From the IMG/VR virus record IMGVR_UViG_3300045988_021489: a stretch of 11,733 nt of DNA, one strand, 5' to 3'. Positions 1 through 5,037 of this stretch are shown piece after piece; positions within the stretch are counted from its first letter, which is position 1, and each line of letters opens with the position of its first letter. Origin of the DNA: a virus. The position numbers and the translations under genes were made by a program. The notes below the pieces were generated by a model that saw only the letters and a list, made by a program, of their open reading frames with translations, had not been told where the DNA came from and made no database searches.

Positions 1-52
1 GACGGCATACGATATCGGTCTCGGCATTCCTGCTGAACCGCTCTTCCGATCT
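1..52. other. Illumina paired-end adapter / PCR-primer-2.0-like sequence (library artefact, not phage DNA)
   Basis: The sequence GACGGCATACGATATCGGTCTCGGCATTCCTGCTGAACCGCTCTTCCGATCT matches the remembered Illumina PE adapter (...GACGGCATACGAGATCGGTCTCGGCATTCCTGCTGAACCGCTCTTCCGATCT) with one difference. Its exact reverse complement is at 11682..11733. Confidence 0.9.
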
Positions 53-117
53 AAAGGTACGCTACTGACCCCTATTTAACGTTTCCCAACGCACTTTTAA
101 CATTTGCAAACACTTTG

Positions 118-133
118 TGGCACGCTTTTTGCT
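118..133 (+). promoter_or_regulatory. Sigma-54 (RpoN)-type -24/-12 element, copy A: TGGCACG-CTTT-TTGCT, pointing inward
   Basis: TGGCACGCTTTTTGCT fits the consensus TGGCACG-N4-TTGC(A/T) exactly, with GG at 119-120 and GC at 131-132 (GG-N10-GC spacing). It lies inside the ITR, so a mirror copy exists at 11601..11616. Confidence 0.4.
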
Positions 134-175
134 ATGGGTCGCAATTACCAAAATTTAACACATTGCGCCCGACTT

Positions 176-191
176 TGGCACGGTTTTTGTT
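176..191 (+). promoter_or_regulatory. Degenerate second copy of the -24/-12-like element (TGGCACG-GTTT-TTGTT)
   Basis: This is a direct repeat of the 118..136 segment, 58 bp downstream. The -12 GC is replaced by GT, so a weaker or non-functional promoter is expected. Confidence 0.2.
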
Positions 192-208
192 ATGCGTGTG
201 CGCCCGTG

Positions 209-229
209 AAATTGTTTCACGTGGAACAC
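209..229. repeat. 21-bp direct repeat copy 1 (AAATTGTTTCACGTGGAACAC) containing the palindrome TGT-N10-ACA around CACGTG
   Basis: It is identical to 251..271 (period 42 bp). The core TGTTTCACGTGGAACA is a 16-bp near-palindrome, so it is a candidate dimeric protein binding site. Confidence 0.9.
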
Positions 230-250
230 TGCCACACCGATGCACAAAAT

Positions 251-271
251 AAATTGTTTCACGTGGAACAC
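251..271. repeat. 21-bp direct repeat copy 2 (AAATTGTTTCACGTGGAACAC)
   Basis: It is a perfect copy of 209..229. Mirror copies in the right ITR lie at 11463..11483 and 11505..11525. Confidence 0.9.
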
Positions 272-347
272 AACTGTTAAACAAAGTTAAAAGAATAATT
301 TAACACAAAATAACACGCCAACCGCTTGCACGTTCAAAACAAATGCT

Positions 348-355
348 TAACTTTG
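348..355 (+). promoter_or_regulatory. Bacteroidota-type -7 promoter box TAACTTTG upstream of the left-end gene
   Basis: It matches TAnnTTTG and lies 31 nt upstream of the ATG at 387, in a non-coding region. The motif is short, so chance occurrence is possible. Confidence 0.45.
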
Positions 356-386
356 CAGCAAGTTAAACAATTAAATACATTGAGTT

Positions 387-749
387 ATGAATAACGTAAA
401 ATCATTAAGCGAAAACATCGCAAAGGCTGTTAGCGAAACAACAAAGCACGTAGAATTTTTGGCGGGTGCTTATCCCGAAATCCGTACCAACTTGCAAACT
501 ATTGCAGAAACTTTGCAAGTAGTACACCATTCGTTAGGTACGGTTTGTGAATTGTCCGAAATGCAAGAAAAGGTACACAAACAAACCGTGTCAAATTTTG
601 AGGTTGAAAAGGCTTGCAAAAATCAAGCATACGACTTTATACTAACTGAAAGGCTGTTCAATCGTTTCAAAACCTTTTGTTCGTGTTATCCCGTAAGCAC
701 ATACAACGAAAAAACGGGTGCTGACATTCTTGCAAAGCACGTGAAATAA
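387..749 (+). CDS. Hypothetical protein (120 aa), the only plus-strand gene
   Basis: The ORF has an ATG start and a TAA stop, is followed 18 nt later by a strong hairpin terminator, and is preceded by a -7 box. I recognise no family motif. Confidence 0.7.
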   Translation: MNNVKSLSENIAKAVSETTKHVEFLAGAYPEIRTNLQTIAETLQVVHHSLGTVCELSEMQEKVHKQTVSNFEVEKACKNQAYDFILTERLFNRFKTFCSCYPVSTYNEKTGADILAKHVK

Positions 750-766
750 CAAGCAAGGCACAAAGA

Positions 767-803
767 AAAGGCGGTAACAATCAAGTTGCCGCCTTTCTTT
801 TTA
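767..803. terminator. Bidirectional rho-independent terminator between convergent genes
   Basis: The stem AAAGGCGGTAAC (767..778) pairs with GTTGCCGCCTTT (785..796), giving 12 bp with one G-U pair. The loop is AATCAA, followed by CTTTTTA and preceded by an A-rich run on the other strand. An outer pairing of GCAAGGCA (753..760) with TGCCTTGC (807..814) is also possible. Confidence 0.8.
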
Positions 804-816
804 TCCTGCCTTGCAG

Positions 817-1965
817 TTACTCAATATATACCCCGTCAGACAAAGCCGTGTATATCATTTCTTGTTCCTCTGTCAGCATTTCGGCGGTGTGTATGGGTGT
901 AACATCATCGAACACATTAAACCCTCTGAAATCGCCTAAAATGCCCGTTTGTCGGTCGTTATTACGTCCGTTGCTTGCGCTCTCGTACCACTTGCAATAA
1001 ATGTAAGGTTCTAAACCGTAATATAACATTTCGTTCCAATCATCGCCGCCCACGGTCTTAACTTGGGTACTTGGTGAAAGGTATATTATTTCGCTGCTTG
1101 GTTCTGTTTCCTCAACTTGAAATACAACGCCGTTGCAGGACAAAAGCGCAACCCCGTTGCCCGTTACCACGTTTATAACGTACTGCAAACCTATCGTTTT
1201 GCCTGCATAATCGGTATTGAGGTTTACAAACCCTGCAAACGGCAAAAAGATTTGTATTTCGCTTTCGTAGTCGGTGTTGTCCTCATTGTGCGCTGGTACT
1301 ACCGCCGTGCCGAAATCAAGCGTTATTTTGTCTTGCGCTGGCTGGTGGCAAGATACGCCCGTATTGTAGTTGCCGCATCGTATTACATCGGTGCTGCTTG
1401 CCCCTATGTTGGTGTAAACACGGAGTATCTTGTTCACGTATGCGCCCAAATCTATGTTTTCGTATATAGGTGCGCCCGTGCTGGGGTCTGTTCCCGTTTC
1501 CTTGAAAAACCGTTTGCCGCTAAACTCTGCCAACTCATCAAGCGTTACCAAATATACGTTTATTGCGCCGTACTGCTCGCCCACAACGGTAACGGGGTAC
1601 GCACTGCCAATAACTGCAAAATCGCTCCAATTAGTGTTTACTTGTATGCTTCCCGTTGCCTTCTTTTTATCGCTTGAAATCGTAAGGTCTTGCGTTTGAG
1701 GGAAGCCGCTTGCGTTCTGGTAATAGAATTGCGGTGTACTTTGTTCGGTGTCAAATTCTGTGCCATCGTTTGCCGTTAATGTAACATTTACCGTTTCCCC
1801 GTCTTTCACATATTGCGGCAAATCCTCGTTAGCGGTGCAATTTGATAGGTTTGTAGAAATTTCTAACACATCATCGTAACTACCCGTAAGCGTTACGGGC
1901 TTTGTCGGGTCTATGTCGGTAATGGTTAGCGTTGCTTGTTGGCTGTATTCCAAATCCTGCACCAC
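817..1965 (-). CDS. Tail structural protein, C-terminal portion (end of module 3, module 4, then a phi29 gp9 tail-knob-like C-terminal region). It has no ATG start and continues the frame of 2011..2670.
   Basis: The 382-codon ORF has GTG (1965/1962) as its only possible start. The 15 codons between it and the upstream TAA are open and in phase. The segments ESEIQIFLPFAGFVNLNTDYAGKTIGLQYVINVVTGNG and TEEQEMIYTALSDGVYIE resemble remembered phi29 gp9 segments. It occupies the last position of the late operon. Confidence 0.75.
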   Translation of the reverse strand: MVQDLEYSQQATLTITDIDPTKPVTLTGSYDDVLEISTNLSNCTANEDLPQYVKDGETVNVTLTANDGTEFDTEQSTPQFYYQNASGFPQTQDLTISSDKKKATGSIQVNTNWSDFAVIGSAYPVTVVGEQYGAINVYLVTLDELAEFSGKRFFKETGTDPSTGAPIYENIDLGAYVNKILRVYTNIGASSTDVIRCGNYNTGVSCHQPAQDKITLDFGTAVVPAHNEDNTDYESEIQIFLPFAGFVNLNTDYAGKTIGLQYVINVVTGNGVALLSCNGVVFQVEETEPSSEIIYLSPSTQVKTVGGDDWNEMLYYGLEPYIYCKWYESASNGRNNDRQTGILGDFRGFNVFDDVTPIHTAEMLTEEQEMIYTALSDGVYIE

Positions 1966-2010
1966 AAACGGCGTTTTGGTCGCTGTTCCTGCCTTGTTCG
2001 TGTAACTCGC

Positions 2011-2670
2011 TTAGAGGTCAAAGAAACGCACTTTGTTCGGGGTGTATTGCCCCGTAACGGTGAAAGTTGCCGTTTCCCCGTCAAACGTATGTTGTTCGGT
2101 TACGCCGCTGCCCGTTATGTTGTTCGTTACGTTAAGTTCGGGTGTTCCCTCGCTGGCTGTCGTACCCGTAAGCGTGAAACTCTCGCCCGTGTCGGCATCG
2201 TCATACTCCCAACTTGCCGTTTTACCGTCTGGCGAAATTGTCAAGTCCTGCGTATCGGGGTAGCCGTAACTGTCCGTAAACTCCACTTGCGCCGCCGTTA
2301 TCTTGTAACCCTCGTTTGCCGTTACTTGTATGCTCGCATCATAATAACCGCTACCTTTTGTTCCCGTTGCTGTCGTGTTCGGTATGTTGTTTATAACTTC
2401 CAAATCGTTTTCGCTTCGGGTGTTTCCCGTGATAGTTATTTCCGTGTCTGCATCGGTGTCGGACAACTCACCAAATGCCCAAACCTTTGCGCCGTTCATA
2501 TCCAAAACAACGCTTTTCGGGTATCCGCTTGTATTGGTATAAACCGCCTTAACATCGCCTACAAACAAATAACCGTCATTCGTTCTTACGTTTATATCCC
2601 AATAACCGCCGCTTGCGTTCCACTGGCTGTTATCATCGTGTGCGTTAGGTATATTTACAATTACTGCCAT
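2011..2670 (-). CDS. Tail protein middle portion: tandem ~80-aa modules (likely beta-sandwich, receptor-binding type)
   Basis: The ORF has an ATG start and 219 aa. It shows internal repeats (VIVNIPN.../EVINNIPN.../ELNVTNNI..., ...SGYPKS/...YGYPDTQDL, ...ITITGNT/...FTLTGTT). It is in phase with both neighbouring ORFs. Confidence 0.8.
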   Translation of the reverse strand: MAVIVNIPNAHDDNSQWNASGGYWDINVRTNDGYLFVGDVKAVYTNTSGYPKSVVLDMNGAKVWAFGELSDTDADTEITITGNTRSENDLEVINNIPNTTATGTKGSGYYDASIQVTANEGYKITAAQVEFTDSYGYPDTQDLTISPDGKTASWEYDDADTGESFTLTGTTASEGTPELNVTNNITGSGVTEQHTFDGETATFTVTGQYTPNKVRFFDL

Positions 2671-2676
2671 ACTCTT

Positions 2677-3129
2677 TTAATTTTCGGTTGTTCCTTTCAA
2701 AGTTACCATAATGATACCCCCGTTTTCATTCAAAAGCCCCGTTTCAGAAAACGGCACTTTCTCAAAATTCGGGGTGCGCTTGTAAACCGTATCACGGTTT
2801 GAAATATACGGGTCGGGGTTGTCGCTTTCAGATACACGCCCAGTTGCCTCCAAAATTTCGCTTTCGTAGGTTTTAAGCACATCAATACGCAATGCAAGTT
2901 CGTAGGCGTTGTTTCCCTCAAAACTTACCCTATCCACGAAATAATAACGCCCTAAATCGGGTATGTAACAATAATTGAAAGTCGGTCGGGGTTGCTTTCG
3001 TAGTGTTACGGTCGGGCGCAACACATCGAAAGTTTGCCGCAAATCGCCCTCAATCGCCGTAAACGTGCCTAACTGCTTGTTTACCGTGTTCGGGTGTCCG
3101 TTGTATGAATAAAAGTTTATCGTTGTCAT
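2677..3129 (-). CDS. Tail protein N-terminal portion (phi29 gp9 tail-knob N-domain-like), 150 aa from ATG 3129
   Basis: FNYCYIPDLGRYYFVDRVSFEGNNAYELALRIDVLKTYE resembles the gp9-family motif (...SYIMFQN...KWFYAFVTELEF...FEIDVLQTW). I moved the start from the GTG at 3177 to the ATG at 3129 because 3139..3181 is a terminator hairpin. Confidence 0.7.
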   Translation of the reverse strand: MTTINFYSYNGHPNTVNKQLGTFTAIEGDLRQTFDVLRPTVTLRKQPRPTFNYCYIPDLGRYYFVDRVSFEGNNAYELALRIDVLKTYESEILEATGRVSESDNPDPYISNRDTVYKRTPNFEKVPFSETGLLNENGGIIMVTLKGTTEN

Positions 3130-3138
3130 ATCGGAAAG

Positions 3139-3181
3139 AAAAAAGGCGGTGCGGTGCGCTTTCACCTGCACCCACACCGCC
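3139..3181 (-). terminator. Rho-independent terminator immediately after the major capsid gene
   Basis: On the minus strand, GGCGGTGTGGGTGC-AGGTGAAA-GCGCACCGCACCGCC forms a GC-rich stem of about 13 bp with one wobble pair and one bulge. It is followed by TTTTTT (A-run 3139..3144 on the plus strand). Confidence 0.8.
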
Positions 3182-3189
3182 CAAAGTTA
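3182..3189 (-). promoter_or_regulatory. TAACTTTG -7-box-like motif abutting the terminator hairpin
   Basis: The minus strand reads TTGTTTAACTTTG-GGCGG..., the same arrangement as at 10458..10465. Function is uncertain. Confidence 0.3.
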
Positions 3190-3210
3190 AACAATCTAAT
3201 ACCTATTGAG

Positions 3211-4443
3211 TTACTCAATAAAGAATACTACAAAGTTTTCGTTTGTATCGTTGAAATACCCTGCATCAAACTTGTAATAGTTGTTGAAAAACTCTGCCTT
3301 TGCGTTGTAGTTCGTTGTTACCCGTCTGTCAAGATTGCAAACGCCCAACGCATCACGGTCGAACATTACGCCCAACACGCCCGTAATTTCAACATCTTTG
3401 CCGCCGCTTTCCTTAACCTTAATGTGTCCCGTGCTGGCGAAATCGTAGTTCTTTCCGCTGCCTTGCCAAAAAGGTACGGTTTCGGCTTGCGGCAAAAGCA
3501 CATCGCCACGGTTGAACGTGTCGGAATAAAGATAGGTTTGCGCTGCCTTTGCAAAGTCGGACAAAAGTACAACGTGTAACATATCTTTCGGCGTAAACCG
3601 TTCCTTGCCGCCAACATTGAACACGGTGGAAATGCTTTGCAGGCGGTCGGCATACGTCCCCATAACGTAAGACGCAAAGCGGATAAAATCGGGGTCGGTT
3701 ATCGCCTTTGCCGCTGTCAGTGCGTCAGGGTTCGGGGTCGGCTCGCCCTCTCCCGTTGCAGGTGTTGCAGGGAAATACTTGTCATTGTACAACTTCAAAA
3801 GGTTTACACAACGTGCCGTGCTTGCGCTGGAAAGGTCTGCCCCTGCCATATCACCTGCTGCCGTTGCTCCAAACGCTTGCGCATCAGCCAACACGGTTTC
3901 CGCAATCATGTTGTTAATTGTGCGCATAATCAAAGCGTCTGCCTTGATAGTCATTGACTTTTCAACGGCTGCATAAATCATCGAAATAAAGCCGTTGAGT
4001 TGTGCGGCGTTGCTGAAACTTTCCTTAACCTGTCTTTCGGTGATTGATACGGGCACTTCAAACGTAACCTTTGAGTTGAAAAACTTTGCGGTAACGGTCG
4101 GTTTGTGGAACACATCTTGCTTGTATTCTGTTCCGTCCTTCAAATCCCACGTGTCGTTTTCTTCTGCTTCTGGAACATCGGCACTTATCTTTTCCAATAC
4201 GCTACCAAACTCCCACGCATCCATTAAAACGCTCGGCACTTTGCCCGCATAAGGTCGGTTTACGAAAATCACCTTGCCGATATGGTTTACAAGTGATTTT
4301 ACGTAGTTGTCAACTGCATTTTGGTTAAACACTTCCGTGCCCAAATCCACAATGCCCGTTAAATCGTCCTGCACAATGTCAGTCTTGCCCAGCACTTCAC
4401 TTGAAACGCTGTTAATAATCTGGTAAATCTGTTTTACGTTCAT
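3211..4443 (-). CDS. Major capsid protein (410 aa)
   Basis: It has ATG and TAA, is the largest structural ORF downstream of the portal and scaffold position, and is followed by a strong terminator. The segment NAVDNYVKSLVNHIGKVIF and the C-terminal FFNNYYKF resemble remembered phi29 gp8 segments (NDFITSLVDRIGLVV, YWNYYYH). Confidence 0.8.
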   Translation of the reverse strand: MNVKQIYQIINSVSSEVLGKTDIVQDDLTGIVDLGTEVFNQNAVDNYVKSLVNHIGKVIFVNRPYAGKVPSVLMDAWEFGSVLEKISADVPEAEENDTWDLKDGTEYKQDVFHKPTVTAKFFNSKVTFEVPVSITERQVKESFSNAAQLNGFISMIYAAVEKSMTIKADALIMRTINNMIAETVLADAQAFGATAAGDMAGADLSSASTARCVNLLKLYNDKYFPATPATGEGEPTPNPDALTAAKAITDPDFIRFASYVMGTYADRLQSISTVFNVGGKERFTPKDMLHVVLLSDFAKAAQTYLYSDTFNRGDVLLPQAETVPFWQGSGKNYDFASTGHIKVKESGGKDVEITGVLGVMFDRDALGVCNLDRRVTTNYNAKAEFFNNYYKFDAGYFNDTNENFVVFFIE

Positions 4444-4464
4444 ATTGCTAAAAATTAAAATTAG

Positions 4465-5037
4465 TTATTCGTAAATACTCGTTGTTAATTCTCTTACAAG
4501 TGCAAAGATAATGTTTTTTCTCCAATTATCACGCCTTAACTGCAATTCTTTTGCAATTTCACTTGAAATTGATTTGCTTGCGCCCGTTCCTTTGCTGGTT
4601 TCGGTTGTTTGGCGTTCCTCGGTGCGGTTTCTCTCATCGTTTGCGGTCTTTCGGTCGCTGTCTGAAAAATCGGTATCGTTAAACGCCTTGTTTGCGCCCG
4701 TTTCGGTGTTGTCCGTGCTTTCCTGCAAAGTAACCGTTTCCGTGCGTTCAATTTGCCCCGTTACGGGTGTCAGTACATCGTAATCGGCTAACATCGCCGC
4801 CGCTTCACGTTCCCAACCTTGCACGTTTACCGCAATCACCGCCGAAACAACATCTTTTGCGTTGTCCGCATTGATAGAGTTTACAACGGTCTTGCCGCCG
4901 TACATCAGTAAGGCGTAAGCGTCTAACTTGGTCGGGTCGGTATCGCCGAAAATAGCGGCGTACTCTGTCGGATATTCAGTCTTGAAAACGGTTGCGAATA
5001 TCCCGTTACCCGTTGTAAATAGTTCGCTGTATTTCAT
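4465..5037 (-). CDS. Putative scaffolding protein or head-tail adaptor (190 aa)
   Basis: The call is positional (between portal and capsid genes). It shares an ATGA overlap with the portal stop. It has a T/E/D/N-rich middle and a helical basic C-terminus (ELQLRRDNWRKNIIFALVREL). I recognise no family motif. Confidence 0.65.
   Translation of the reverse strand: MKYSELFTTGNGIFATVFKTEYPTEYAAIFGDTDPTKLDAYALLMYGGKTVVNSINADNAKDVVSAVIAVNVQGWEREAAAMLADYDVLTPVTGQIERTETVTLQESTDNTETGANKAFNDTDFSDSDRKTANDERNRTEERQTTETSKGTGASKSISSEIAKELQLRRDNWRKNIIFALVRELTTSIYE

Larger units (their letters stand above)
53..274. repeat. Left inverted terminal repeat (222 bp, perfect copy of 11460..11681 reverse-complemented)
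   Basis: Base-by-base comparison with the reverse complement of the right end gives identity from 53 to 274, with divergence at 275 and 11459. The repeat starts AAAGGTACGC. Confidence 0.97.

Noticed and set aside
68-79. The 12-mer ACCCCTATTTAA shared between the ITR tip and the hairpin upstream of the terminal-protein gene (10426..10437, minus strand)
   Set aside because: By my estimate the chance expectation for one shared 12-mer between a 222-nt region and both strands of the window is about 0.3, so this is not significant on its own.
209-271. CRISPR-like appearance of 21-bp repeats separated by 21 bp
   Set aside because: There are only two copies per end, they lie inside the ITR, their palindromic core is typical of a protein-binding site, and there are no cas genes.
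275-386. A tRNA (for example an ochre suppressor) hidden in the non-coding regions (275..386, 6316..6409, 10414..10484, 11356..11459)
   Set aside because: By eye there is no cloverleaf-compatible arrangement and no T-loop GTTCRANNC-like box in any gap. A tRNA-scanning program should confirm this.
3130-3177. Longer version of the tail N-terminal ORF starting at the GTG at 3177 (MWVQVKAHRTAFFLSD...)
   Set aside because: The extension is the translation of the capsid-gene terminator hairpin and its T-run. The ATG at 3129 (MTTINFYSY) is the plausible start.
1117-4252. Plus-strand ORFs opposite the late genes (1117..1677, 1430..1699, 1936..2802, 2033..2263, 3154..3579, 3637..3957, 3708..3917, 3779..3976, 3995..4252)
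   Set aside because: They are antisense shadows of well-supported minus-strand genes. Their composition is Cys/Arg/Val-rich and low in complexity, they have no promoter or start context, and they cross real gene boundaries and terminators.
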